From NCBI GenBank assembly GCA_964291415.2, contig OZ219918.1, positions 128,001 through 192,000 on the forward strand: 64,000 bases of DNA, given 5' to 3'. Within the stretch, counting starts at the first letter, position 1. Every line of letters begins with the position of its first letter. The notes below the pieces were generated by a model. The model did not search any database, was not told where the DNA came from, and saw only the letters and a program-made list of their open reading frames with translations. This document shows positions 1 to 9,381 of the stretch, piece by piece. The stretch comes from Alphaproteobacteria bacterium. Lineage in GTDB: Bacteria; Pseudomonadota; Alphaproteobacteria; SP197. Both the position numbers and the translations under genes were made by a program.

Positions 1-2
1 GG

Positions 3-1196
3 GAAGTCCGCGCGCAGCTTGACGAGGACGATGACCTCTATCTGGCCACCGCGCTGGTGTTCTGTCAGCGTCTCGAGGGCGCCCACGCCGCCGCGGAACT
101 GAGTCTGACCGTGCTCCAGGATGCCGGCGTTGACATCGATCCCCGACTCCTGGTGCTGGACAGGGCGCTTGCGACATCCACACCGGCGGATCTCGTCACG
201 CTCGGCAACGTCACGCCTCTCATGTTTGCCATGGTCCTTGCCGGAGCGGCAGAGGTCTCCATCGACTTCCTGGAACACGCATCGTTGCCGGTCTTGCGGG
301 CGATCGCGGATCAGGCCGGACTTCCCGTCGCCCTGCGGCTGGCCGCCGCGGAGCGGGCAACGGCCCGTGGCTTCATGGAGCCGGCCGATCTGGCTTCCCT
401 CTACCTGGCTGCCGGTCCGTCCGACGACACGCACGCCGATCCCCTCTCCCGGGCACGGATGTTTCAGGACCTGAAAGGCGCGGCGCTGGCCGACGACAAG
501 GCGAGGCTCATCACCACGTTCGTCCAGCACGGCGCAAGGACGCCGGAGCCCTGGGTGTTCCGGGCCGTGGCCATGGTGGCGGCCACCGAGGTTGCAGCGT
601 TCACTCCGGGCCACGAGCTCGGCTGGTTCTCCACCCAGGCGGTCCTCACGCTGCTGGCGGCGGGGGCGGCAGAGGACGCCGCCAGATGGTGGCCGCTCAT
701 CGAACAGCGTGCGCTCCTCGACCACGCGGCGGCGGCGGAGGCGGCCGTCTTCTGGCCGCTGCTCCGGTTGTGGATGGGCGATGACCTCGTCGATGACGGC
801 ACCGCGATGCACACCTGGTGGCGCACGGTCGTCGGGGTCGCACCCGAACGCGCCCGTCGACTTGGAGAACTCTACCTTGTCCTCCTGGCGGCCCTTGGCG
901 ACCGGATTGGCGAGCCGATCATGCACGATATCCTTGTCGCCGCGTTCGGTGACAGGCAGCTTGTGCCACGTGAGAATACCGGCGATGCCGGACTTGTCGT
1001 GGCGCTCTCCGCGGCATCCAGTGATGGCCGTCTCGGCGAGGCGCTGCTGCTCTCCACCATCCTCCTGGCGTCGCAGGATCCTTCCCGTGTCGACATCCGG
1101 AGTGCGGCTGCCGTGATCAGCGCCCTGAAATCTCTCGGCCTGGAACGCGAGGCGAGGCTCCTTGCTCTCGAGATCGCTTTCGCGAACGCAGTCTGA
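3..1196 (+). CDS. Conserved hypothetical protein, 5'-partial (open frame runs in from the window edge)
   Basis: Frame is open from position 3 (EVRAQLDEDDDLYLATALVFCQ...) to the stop at 1196. Ala/Leu-rich helical protein ending ...LGLEREARLLALE; high-GC coding pattern. Confidence 0.7.
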   Translation, partial: EVRAQLDEDDDLYLATALVFCQRLEGAHAAAELSLTVLQDAGVDIDPRLLVLDRALATSTPADLVTLGNVTPLMFAMVLAGAAEVSIDFLEHASLPVLRAIADQAGLPVALRLAAAERATARGFMEPADLASLYLAAGPSDDTHADPLSRARMFQDLKGAALADDKARLITTFVQHGARTPEPWVFRAVAMVAATEVAAFTPGHELGWFSTQAVLTLLAAGAAEDAARWWPLIEQRALLDHAAAAEAAVFWPLLRLWMGDDLVDDGTAMHTWWRTVVGVAPERARRLGELYLVLLAALGDRIGEPIMHDILVAAFGDRQLVPRENTGDAGLVVALSAASSDGRLGEALLLSTILLASQDPSRVDIRSAAAVISALKSLGLEREARLLALEIAFANAV

Positions 1197-1242
1197 CGGG
1201 CCGGAAGGGAGTCTCCGCAATCATGGCCCGCACGGTGCGACG

Positions 1243-2133
1243 GTGACGAAGGCGAGCCAGGGGGCGGCGGACGCCGTCGGCCTCTTCCTCGAGATGATGG
1301 TGGTCGAGCGTGGCGCGTCCGGCAACACGGTCGAGGCCTATCGCCGGGACCTCGCGGATCTCGCAGGATTCCTGGCGCCCGTTTCCCTTCAGGACGCGTC
1401 ATCCGACGACATTCGCCGCTGGCTCGGCGCACTGCGTCGCCGCGGCGCCAGCGCCGGGACCGCGGCGCGGCGCATGTCGGCTGCCCGCCAGTTCTACCGT
1501 TTCCTCGCCAGCGAGAAACTGCGCGGCGATGATCCGGCGGCAAAGCTGGAGTCGCCCCGGTCCGGACAGGCCCTGCCGAAAGTGCTGTCCCAGGACCAGG
1601 TCAGCCGATTGCTGGAGACCGCTCACAGCGGCGAGCGTCCGGAAGACCTGCGCCGGGCGGCGCTGGTGGAACTGCTCTACGCGACCGGTCTGCGTGTCTC
1701 CGAGCTCGTGTCCCTGCCCGCCAGTGCGATCGAGCGCGACGCGCCCTTCATCATCGTGCGCGGCAAGGGCGGGCGTGAGCGTCTCGTGCCCATTGGCGAG
1801 AGGGCACTGCGAACGGTCAGGAGCTGGCTTGCCGTCCGTCCGCGTCCCTCACCATGGCTGTTTCCGTCCCGCGGCGCATCCGGTCATCTGACGCGCCAGT
1901 CTGCGGGCAGGATCCTGAAGAAACTGGCCCTGGACTCGTGCCTTGAGCCGGCTGCGGTCTCTCCCCACGTGCTGCGCCATGCCTTCGCCAGCCATCTGCT
2001 GGACAACGGAGCGGACCTGCGTTCCGTCCAGACCATGCTGGGTCATGCCGACATTTCCACCACGCAGATCTACACCCACGTGCTCGAGGAGCGCCTCAAG
2101 TCCGCCCTGGCCGGGCACCACCCTCTCGCTTGA
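1243..2133 (+). CDS. xerD: Tyrosine recombinase XerD
   Basis: ERGASxNTVEAYRRDL N-terminus, LLYATGLRVSELV, SPHVLRHAFASHLL and LGHADISTTQIYTHV catalytic motifs. The GTG start at 1243 is approximate. Confidence 0.9.
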   Translation: MTKASQGAADAVGLFLEMMVVERGASGNTVEAYRRDLADLAGFLAPVSLQDASSDDIRRWLGALRRRGASAGTAARRMSAARQFYRFLASEKLRGDDPAAKLESPRSGQALPKVLSQDQVSRLLETAHSGERPEDLRRAALVELLYATGLRVSELVSLPASAIERDAPFIIVRGKGGRERLVPIGERALRTVRSWLAVRPRPSPWLFPSRGASGHLTRQSAGRILKKLALDSCLEPAAVSPHVLRHAFASHLLDNGADLRSVQTMLGHADISTTQIYTHVLEERLKSALAGHHPLA

Positions 2134-2197
2134 CAGTCACCGCTGGCGCAAGGCATGGACTCGTGCCACTCATTCACCCCGGGGGGAGAACCGGATC

Positions 2198-3178
2198 ATG
2201 AGTTTCACCATCATCGATGCCGCTCCGGCGCGGCTCAACCGCAGCGAGCTCGCGGTTCCTGGAAGCCGCACGGAACTCTTCGCCAAGGCGGCAGCCGGCG
2301 CTGCCGACGTCGTCTTTCTCGATCTCGAGGATGCGGTTGCACCGGACGACAAGCCGCAGGCCAGGAAGAACGTGATCGAGGCCGTCAACGACCTCGACTG
2401 GGGTTCCAAGACCCTGTCCGTGCGGATCAACGGGCTCGACACGCACTACATGTACCGTGACGTCGTCGACGTGATCGAGCAGACGAATGGCCGGCTGGAT
2501 CTCATCATGATCCCCAAGGTCGGAACGCCGGCCGATGTCTATGCCGTCGACATGCTCGTCACCCAGGTCGAGGACGCGATGTCGCGTTCGAAACGGATCG
2601 GTTTCGAACTCATCATCGAGACGGCCCTCGGCATGTCCAACGTCGAGGCGATCGCCGGCGCCAGCGGGCGCAACGAGAGCCTGCATTTCGGGGTGGCCGA
2701 CTATGCCGCCTCGACGCGTGCCCGCATGACAACCATCGGCGGTCCCAATCCCCTTTACGGTGTGCTGACCGACGCCGAGGGCGACGCCCCGCGGGACTAT
2801 CACTGGGGAGACATGTGGCACTTCGCCATTTCCCGCATGGTGGTGGCGGCCCGGGCACGGGGCCTCAGACCCATCGACGGACCCTTCGGCGACTTCCGGG
2901 ATGCCGACGGCTATCGCGCCCAGGCCAACCGGGCAGCAGCCCTGGGATGCGAGGGCAAGTGGGCCATTCATCCGGGGCAGATTCCCCTCGCCAACGAGGT
3001 GAACAGTCCTTCCGAAAAGGAAGTCACCCAGGCACGGCGCATTCTCGAGGCCATGGACAAGGCGCAGAGGGAAGGCCAGGGAGCGGTCTCCCTGGACGGC
3101 AAGCTGATCGATATCGCGTCGATCAAGCAGGCCGAGGTCATGGTGCGCAAGGCCGAGCAGATCAGTTCCGCCGAATAG
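2198..3178 (+). CDS. mcl: Malyl-CoA/beta-methylmalyl-CoA lyase (CitE/HpcH family CoA-ester lyase)
   Basis: RSELAVPGS, FLDLEDAVAPDDK, RINGLDTHYMYRDV and GKWAIHP closely resemble the Methylobacterium MclA type. GGAG precedes ATG 2198. Confidence 0.8.
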   Translation: MSFTIIDAAPARLNRSELAVPGSRTELFAKAAAGAADVVFLDLEDAVAPDDKPQARKNVIEAVNDLDWGSKTLSVRINGLDTHYMYRDVVDVIEQTNGRLDLIMIPKVGTPADVYAVDMLVTQVEDAMSRSKRIGFELIIETALGMSNVEAIAGASGRNESLHFGVADYAASTRARMTTIGGPNPLYGVLTDAEGDAPRDYHWGDMWHFAISRMVVAARARGLRPIDGPFGDFRDADGYRAQANRAAALGCEGKWAIHPGQIPLANEVNSPSEKEVTQARRILEAMDKAQREGQGAVSLDGKLIDIASIKQAEVMVRKAEQISSAE

Positions 3179-3197
3179 GGACAGTATTGCCACCATC

Positions 3198-4154
3198 ATG
3201 CGTCTGGCACTGGAATTCGAGCGGCCGATCGTCGAACTCGAGCGCAAGATCGAGGAGCTCCGCCGGCTGTCGGTCGATGACGGCGTCAACATTGTCGAAG
3301 AGGTCAATCGCCTGGAGACAAAGCTCGACCGTCTCCTCGTCCAGACCTACGGCAAGCTCAGCCCGTGGCAGAAGACCCAGGTCGCCCGGCATCCGGCGCG
3401 TCCTCACACGTCTGTCTTCATCTCGTCCCTGATCGAGGACTTCGTGCCGTTCGCCGGAGACCGTCTCTACGGCGAGGATCCTGCCATGCTGGCGGGGCTC
3501 GGCACCTTCAACGGGCGTCGGGTGGTGGTCATGGGCCACGAGAAGGGCAACGACACCGACAGCAGGGTCCGGCACAACTTCGGCATGGCGCGGCCCGAGG
3601 GCTATCGCAAGGCCGCCCGGCTGATGCGCCTGGCGGACCGCTTTGGCCTTCCCGTGATCACCTTTGTCGACACGGCCGGCGCCTACCCGGGAATCGGCGC
3701 CGAAGAGAGGGGGCAGGCGGAAGCGATTGCCCGTTGCATCGAGACCTGCCTGACCATCCAGGTGCCCTTGGTGTCCGTGGTGATCGGCGAGGGCGGCTCC
3801 GGGGGCGCCATCGCCATTGCCGTGGCGGATCGCGTGTTGATGCTCGAACACGCTGTCTATTCCGTTATCTCTCCGGAGGGATGCGCCTCCATCCTGTGGC
3901 GCAGCAGCGACGAGGCCGAAACGGCTGCCAATGCGCTGAAACTGACCGCCACCGACCTGGAGGGACTGAAGATCATCGACCAGGTGGTGAAGGAACCGCT
4001 CGGCGGCGCCCACCGCGACCCCGATGCTGCCATACGCACGACCGCGGAGGCGATTTCCGTTGCGCTGGAGGAGCTCGATCCTCTCGATGGCGATGCCCTC
4101 GTCGCCGGGCGCCGCGACAAGTTCATGAAGATGGGCCGCCATCTCAACCAGTGA
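3198..4154 (+). CDS. accA: Acetyl-CoA carboxylase carboxyltransferase subunit alpha
   Basis: LEFERPI, ARHPxRP, RHNFGMARPEGYRKA, IGEGGSGGA and YSVISPEGCASILW motifs. Confidence 0.95.
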   Translation: MRLALEFERPIVELERKIEELRRLSVDDGVNIVEEVNRLETKLDRLLVQTYGKLSPWQKTQVARHPARPHTSVFISSLIEDFVPFAGDRLYGEDPAMLAGLGTFNGRRVVVMGHEKGNDTDSRVRHNFGMARPEGYRKAARLMRLADRFGLPVITFVDTAGAYPGIGAEERGQAEAIARCIETCLTIQVPLVSVVIGEGGSGGAIAIAVADRVLMLEHAVYSVISPEGCASILWRSSDEAETAANALKLTATDLEGLKIIDQVVKEPLGGAHRDPDAAIRTTAEAISVALEELDPLDGDALVAGRRDKFMKMGRHLNQ

Positions 4155-4218
4155 CGCATCCCCCTCATCGGGACTTGCACCCGGCGATGTCGTCGGCTAC
4201 CTAGGCACGTGAGCCAGC

Positions 4219-4295
4219 GCACCCCTAGCTCAACTGGATAGAGCACCTGACTACGGATCAGGAGGTTGGGGGTTCGAGTCCTCCGGGGTGCGCCA
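4219..4295 (+). tRNA. tRNA-Arg (anticodon ACG)
   Basis: GCACCCC/GGGGTGC acceptor stem, D arm TAGCTCAACTGGATAGAGC, anticodon arm CCTGA-CTACGGA-TCAGG, T loop GTTCGAGTC, encoded CCA. Confidence 0.95.
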
Positions 4296-4409
4296 ATCCT
4301 TCAATGGGTTGCAGAAAGCTGGCATCCCGTTCCGCTTCTCGGTGCGGGCTTCCTCACTGTCGTCATCTCCTCTGGCACGCGTCACCTGCCGGTCCAGGAA
4401 GCATACTGG

Positions 4410-4811
4410 TCACGTACCTTCGATTTCATGCCGGGCTGCCGTTGCAAGGAAGGCCGAACGGGTCATGCGGCGTTGTCTGGCTTCATCGTCGATGGCTTCG
4501 AGCAGGCCGCGGTCGAGGGAGATATTGATCCGCCGCGATGAACCGCGGTCCAGGAGGAGCGGGATCAGCACCAGATCGGCCCCTTTGCGCCAGTCGGCGA
4601 GTTCCGGATCGGCCTTGATAGCATCGATTGAGCGGGGAGGTGGAATCCGTTCGCCGTCGTTGCGAAGACCCTCGACGTGGAACGCGAGTGCTTCGCAGCC
4701 ATGGTGGACGGCGTCGTCGACCGAGTCGCCTACGGACACGCAGCCCGGGAAATCGGGGAAACTGACACCGTAACCGGCGTCGTCCTGGTGGATGAAGGAT
4801 ACGTAGCGCAT
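4410..4811 (-). CDS. hicB: Type II antitoxin HicB (C-terminal RHH domain)
   Basis: YGVSFPDFPGCVSVGDSVDDA N-domain plus RINISLDRGLLEAIDDEA...TRSAFLA ribbon-helix-helix. Confidence 0.9.
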   Translation of the reverse strand: MRYVSFIHQDDAGYGVSFPDFPGCVSVGDSVDDAVHHGCEALAFHVEGLRNDGERIPPPRSIDAIKADPELADWRKGADLVLIPLLLDRGSSRRINISLDRGLLEAIDDEARQRRMTRSAFLATAARHEIEGT

Positions 4812-4823
4812 CGGTTTTTCCTC

Positions 4824-5027
4824 TTACGTGTTCCAGCCCGCCTGCCGGTAGATCGACGCCACCGTTCCACGCGGGATATCCCTGTTCGGGTGCGGAACGG
4901 TCACCCGTCCCGATTTCTCGGGGTGTGTGAACTGCCAGTGGCTGCCCCTGGTGGCAACGTGTACCCAGCCGTCCTTCCGGAGCATGCGAATGAGCTTGCC
5001 ACTGTTGCGTTCCACGACCTTCTTCAT
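4824..5027 (-). CDS. hicA: Type II toxin HicA (mRNA interferase)
   Basis: LRKDGW...RGSHWQFTHP...VTVPHP...IPRGTVASI, directly upstream of hicB. Confidence 0.9.
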   Translation of the reverse strand: MKKVVERNSGKLIRMLRKDGWVHVATRGSHWQFTHPEKSGRVTVPHPNRDIPRGTVASIYRQAGWNT

Positions 5028-5046
5028 TGTGTAACAATATACACAA
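5027..5046. promoter_or_regulatory. Palindromic HicB operator overlapping the hicA -10 region
   Basis: TTGTGTA-N6-TACACAA perfect 7-bp inverted repeat abutting the hicA start; reads TATATT on the minus strand. Confidence 0.6.
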
Positions 5047-5181
5047 CTCTGCGGCGGATCAAGACGGACTATCATTCACCTCATCTTTCGATCCCTCCTA
5101 TTGGGGTCGTGGTGACCGGTGCTTCCCTGACCTCTGGTGGCTGTCGCACCGCCAATTCAAAGCTGCACTTCGGGCCGAAGG

Positions 5182-5230
5182 CTGACTATGGATCAGGTGG
5201 TTGGGGGTTCGAGTCCTCCGGGGTGCGTCA
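5182..5230 (+). repeat. attR-like partial copy of the tRNA-Arg 3' half
   Basis: CTGACTATGGATCAGGTGGTTGGGGGTTCGAGTCCTCCGGGGTGCGTCA matches 4247-4295 at 46/49 positions; lacks the D arm and 5' acceptor strand. Confidence 0.85.
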
Positions 5231-5248
5231 TGTTCTCTTCCAGTGTCG

Positions 5249-5977
5249 TCAGCGGACCACCAGGGCGAGGGCGACGAGCACAAGCAGCACCGTGACGAGT
5301 CGGCGGAAGAGTCGTTCCGGTACGCGTCCCGCAATCGCTTGACCCAGGAAGGTCCCGGCGACAACGGGCAGCGCCAGCCACAGGCATTCGTCCACGACCC
5401 GCTCCGGGATCCCGTCAACGAGGCCCTGCAGGGCCAGGGCTGCCGGATAGCAGACGAGGGCGACGATGAGCAGGGTGGCGCGCGTTCGTGCCTTCTTCAG
5501 TCCGGTGGCCGATGCCCAGGCGGCAACAGGAGGGCCGGGCATGGCAAGCGTCGCCGTCATCGCGCCGCTCATCAGGCCGGTCAGCAGGCGGCCCGTGACG
5601 CTGCTCCCTCGGACCATGACCCGGCGTTCGTGAAACCCTGTCGAAAGGACGGCCATGGCCAGCACCGCCGCGGCTGCTCCCCACGTCAGATCGGCCACCG
5701 TTGCCGTGGCGAAGAGCAGGGAGCCCACGATTAGCCCGGCGGCGGCACCGCCGAGGAGGTGCTTGAGCAGGACCGGATCGGCCTCATCGAGTGACCTGCG
5801 GACCAGTATCAGCGATGGAATGGTCGAGAGCACGATGGTCACCTGGATGGCTGCCGTATCGCCCATGGCGACCAGCAGGATCGGCCCGGCGATGATGCCG
5901 AATCCCATGCCTGTCGCCGCCTGGAGAAGCGCCGCCACGAACACCACAAGGACGACGGCAATCGCAATGGCCGTCAT
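5249..5977 (-). CDS. Sulfite exporter TauE/SafE family membrane protein
   Basis: AALLQAATGMGFGIIAGP N-terminal motif, GPP motif, about 8 hydrophobic segments. Confidence 0.75.
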   Translation of the reverse strand: MTAIAIAVVLVVFVAALLQAATGMGFGIIAGPILLVAMGDTAAIQVTIVLSTIPSLILVRRSLDEADPVLLKHLLGGAAAGLIVGSLLFATATVADLTWGAAAAVLAMAVLSTGFHERRVMVRGSSVTGRLLTGLMSGAMTATLAMPGPPVAAWASATGLKKARTRATLLIVALVCYPAALALQGLVDGIPERVVDECLWLALPVVAGTFLGQAIAGRVPERLFRRLVTVLLVLVALALVVR

Positions 5978-5993
5978 GGGGTTCTCCGGCGTG

Positions 5994-7618
5994 TCAGCGG
6001 GACGCGGCCCGTTCCCTCAGGACGAACTTCTGTACCTTGCCGGTGGAGGTCTTCGGCAGTTCGCCGAACACCACGTGCTTCGGGCACTTGAAGTGCGCCA
6101 GGTTGTCCCGGCAGAAGACAATCAGTTCGTCAGCGGTGACCGTCATGTCGGGTTTGAGCGTGACAAAGGCGCACGGTGTTTCGCCCCACTTGTCATCGGG
6201 GCGCGCCACCACCGCCGCCTCGGCCACGGCCGGATGGCGATAGAGAACGCCCTCCACCTCGATGGTCGAGATGTTCTCTCCGCCTGAAATGATGATGTCC
6301 TTGCTGCGATCCCTGATCTCGACATAGCCATCAGGATGGGTAACCGCCAGGTCGCCGGTGTGGAACCATCCGCCGCGGAAGGCTTCCGTGCTTGCCCCGG
6401 GATTCTTGAGATAGCCGGACATGGTGATGTTGCCGCGCATCATGATCTCGCCCATGGTCTCGCCATCCGCCGGCACGGGTTCCATGGTCCGGGGCTCGGC
6501 GACCATCATCGCCTCCTGAACGGCGTAGGTCACACCCTGGCGGGCCTTCCGGTCCGCCTGTCCGGCGGCCGGCAGGTCATCCCACTCGGGATGCCAGGCG
6601 CACACGGTGGCCGGTCCATAGGTCTCGGTCAGGCCGTAGACGTGGGTGATGTCGATGCCGCGCGCCGCCATGCGTTCGAGGACGGCGGCCGGGGTGCGGC
6701 ACCCGCTGTCATCATCTTCACCTGGTGACGAATGCCCTGCCACAGGGCGTCCGGGCCGGCCAGCATCATGTTCATGACGACAGGCGCGCCGCACAGGTGC
6801 GTCACCCCGTGCTCGCCGATGGCGCCCAGTATTGATTCGGCCGAGAGTGCGCGCAGGCAGACATGTGTTCCCGCCATGGCGGTCACCGTCCATGGGAAAC
6901 ACCAGCCGTTGCAGTGGAACATCGGCAGGGTCCACAGATAGACGGGGTGGTGCGGCATCGACCAGGTGATGGCGTTGCCGAGAGCGTTCAGATAGGCGCC
7001 GCGGTGGTGGTAGACGACACCCTTGGGGTTGCCGGTGGTGCCTGAGGTGTAGTTCAGCGCAATCGGTTGCCATTCGTCGTCGGGTCCCGTCCATTGACCC
7101 GTTTCCTCTCCTTCGGCGAGCAGCTCCTCGTAGGTCAGGTCACCGAGAAGCTGCCCTCGGCCATCGGCCTGGGGATCGTCGATGTCGACGACGAGCAACC
7201 GGTGTTCGAGACCGGCAATGGCCTCGCTCACCGTTGGTGACAAGGCCCTGTCGGTGATGAGAACGCTCGCTTCACCGTGTTCGAGGATGAAGCGGATGGC
7301 GGCTGCGTCGAGACGGATGTTGAGGGAATTGATGACGGCGCCCGTCATCGGCACGGCAAGGCTCGCTTCGACGAATTCCGGCAGATTGGGCGCCATGATG
7401 GCCACGGTATCGCCCCTGGCCACGCCACGCCCTTGCAGTGCCGAGGCCAGCCTGCGGCATCGCCGGGCCGTGTCACGCCATGTCCTCTTCAGCGGACCGT
7501 GGATCACGGCGATCCGGTCCGGCCATACCGCAGCTGTCCGGTTGAGGAACGACACGGGAGAGAGCGCTACGTGGTTGGCGTCGTTGCGTCCGAGTCCATC
7601 AGTCCAGATGTCAGCCAT
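5994..7618 (-). pseudogene. Acyl-CoA synthetase (DmdB/fatty-acid CoA ligase-like), split by a 1-nt frameshift that may be a sequencing error
   Basis: YTSGTTGNPKG and LPMFHCNGW lie in one frame; YGLTETYGP, GWFHTGD, ISGGENIS and LPKTSTGK in another. Adding one base to the G4 run at 6691-6694 restores TAGAAPPAAV. Confidence 0.8.
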
Positions 7619-7697
7619 GGCACCCGCCTCTCGCCAAACCTTGTCTGATTTATCGCCGTCTCAAGGGTCATTGCAAGCGGGTGACGGCCACTGCACC

Positions 7698-9311
7698 ATG
7701 ACCGCCATGCACGTGCCCCGCACGACAAGACGGCCCCGCCACATCGTCGATACGTGGTACGACGCGGCGAGCGACGATCCGTCCGTCCTGCAGATCTGGG
7801 CCTATACGTCGCGCCCTTCCTGCCGCGTGGGCGAGGTCATCGAACTCCATGTTTCGACCAACGCCGACACCTTCGATCTCGACATCGCGAGGGACGGCCT
7901 GGAGACCATTCCGGTTCATCACGAAGCGGATCTTGCCGGCCGCTGGCATGCGACTCCTGATGACGCCTCTGCCACTGGCTGCGGCTGGCCGGTTGCCTGG
8001 CGCATGACCATTCCCGCCACCTGGCGTCCCGGCGGCTACATCATGACGCTCACGGCGCGGCGCGGCGGCGAGGTGGTCACCTATGATCACGTCGTCCTCA
8101 TCGGGAGTCCCCGGCGTGGAGCGGGTGCACCGCTGCTGTTGCTTGCGGCGACGCCCACCTGGGTTGCCTACAACGAGTGGGGCGGCTCGAACGCCTACGA
8201 GGGACTCTCCGGCGCCTCCGGCGACCGGTTCTCGACACATTTGAGTCTTCAGCGGCCGTGGTCGCGCGGCTTCGCGAGGCTGCCTTCGGGAGCGCCGCGG
8301 ACCCTTCCGGCGACGCCACTGCCCCAGGGCACGGCGGCGCGCTATCCCTACATGGAATGGGCATGGTCACACGGCTATTCCAAGAAGTACGCGTCGGCCG
8401 GGTGGGCAAGCTACGAGCGCCACATGGCGCGCTGGCTCGAGGCGGAAGGCCACGAGGTGGACGTGGCGGCGCTCCATGACATCCATGATGAGCCCGATCT
8501 GCTGGCCCGCCACCGCTGCGTCGTCATCGTCGGGCATGACGAATACTGGAGTCGTCCCATGCGAGACGCCATCGATCGCTTTGTCGAGGCGGGCGGCAGG
8601 GTGGCCCGCTTCGCCGGGAACTTCTTCTGGCAGATCAGGCTGGAAGACGAAGGCCGAACCCAGGTCTGCTACAAGTACGTCGCGGTCGATGAAGACCCCG
8701 TCATCGGCACGTCACAGGAACATCTCGCCACGACTTCATGGGAATCGCCCGAGGTGAACTGGCCCGGATCCCGCACCTTCGGGGTCAACGGTTCGAAGGG
8801 AATCTACGCCGGCCTCGGCCACTGCGCCGGCCGCGGAGCGGGCGGATTCACGGTCTATCGCCCCGACCACTGGGCCGTTGCCGGTTGCTGTCTCGGCTAC
8901 GGCGACATCCTCGGCGCCGACAGCAGGATCTTCGGTTACGAGGTCGACGGCCTCGATCACGTGATCCGCGATGGACTCCCGTCTCCGGTTCCAGGCGAGG
9001 ACATACCCGGTGACCTCGAGATCCTGGCGCTGGGTCCCGCCACCACCGTCGAGGCCGACTTCGGACTGTGGGGAGAGGATCTCTACATCGCCGACCACGA
9101 CAGGCGCTTTCTCGCCCGCATGGTCCATGGCGGGGAAACACCCGAGGCGCTGGAGAAGGTGACGCGAGGCAGTGGCATGATCGTCACCTTCCCCAAAGGT
9201 GCCGGCGAGGTCTTCACCGCCGCCACCTGCGAGTGGGTCAATGGCCTGCGTCTCGCCGATCCCGCCGTCTGCCAGGTCACCCGCAACGTCCTCGACCGTT
9301 TCCTCGCCTGA
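7698..9311 (+). CDS. N,N-dimethylformamidase beta-subunit-family protein
   Basis: GCGWPV, TWVAYNEWGG, VGHDEYWS, FAGNFFWQIR and GYEVDG motifs. Confidence 0.75.
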   Translation: MTAMHVPRTTRRPRHIVDTWYDAASDDPSVLQIWAYTSRPSCRVGEVIELHVSTNADTFDLDIARDGLETIPVHHEADLAGRWHATPDDASATGCGWPVAWRMTIPATWRPGGYIMTLTARRGGEVVTYDHVVLIGSPRRGAGAPLLLLAATPTWVAYNEWGGSNAYEGLSGASGDRFSTHLSLQRPWSRGFARLPSGAPRTLPATPLPQGTAARYPYMEWAWSHGYSKKYASAGWASYERHMARWLEAEGHEVDVAALHDIHDEPDLLARHRCVVIVGHDEYWSRPMRDAIDRFVEAGGRVARFAGNFFWQIRLEDEGRTQVCYKYVAVDEDPVIGTSQEHLATTSWESPEVNWPGSRTFGVNGSKGIYAGLGHCAGRGAGGFTVYRPDHWAVAGCCLGYGDILGADSRIFGYEVDGLDHVIRDGLPSPVPGEDIPGDLEILALGPATTVEADFGLWGEDLYIADHDRRFLARMVHGGETPEALEKVTRGSGMIVTFPKGAGEVFTAATCEWVNGLRLADPAVCQVTRNVLDRFLA

Positions 9312-9381
9312 CAGGGGTGGCTCACGGACTGGCCGTGGGACGCGCCGGTGACGGTGAGCAGGCGGCGCCCGCAGGAAGCCG

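Larger units (their letters stand above)
4247..5230. mobile_element. Relic tRNA-Arg-integrated mini-island carrying only hicAB
   Basis: The tRNA 3' 49 bp (4247-4295) is repeated at 5182-5230. Only a TA pair lies between the copies; no integrase. Confidence 0.7.

Noticed and set aside
1243-2133. xerD as the integrase of the tRNA island
   Set aside because: It has housekeeping XerD motifs, sits among core genes and lies outside the att repeats.
5182-5230. Second tRNA gene
   Set aside because: Only the 3' half is present, the anticodon is altered and there is no CCA; it is an att-type duplication.
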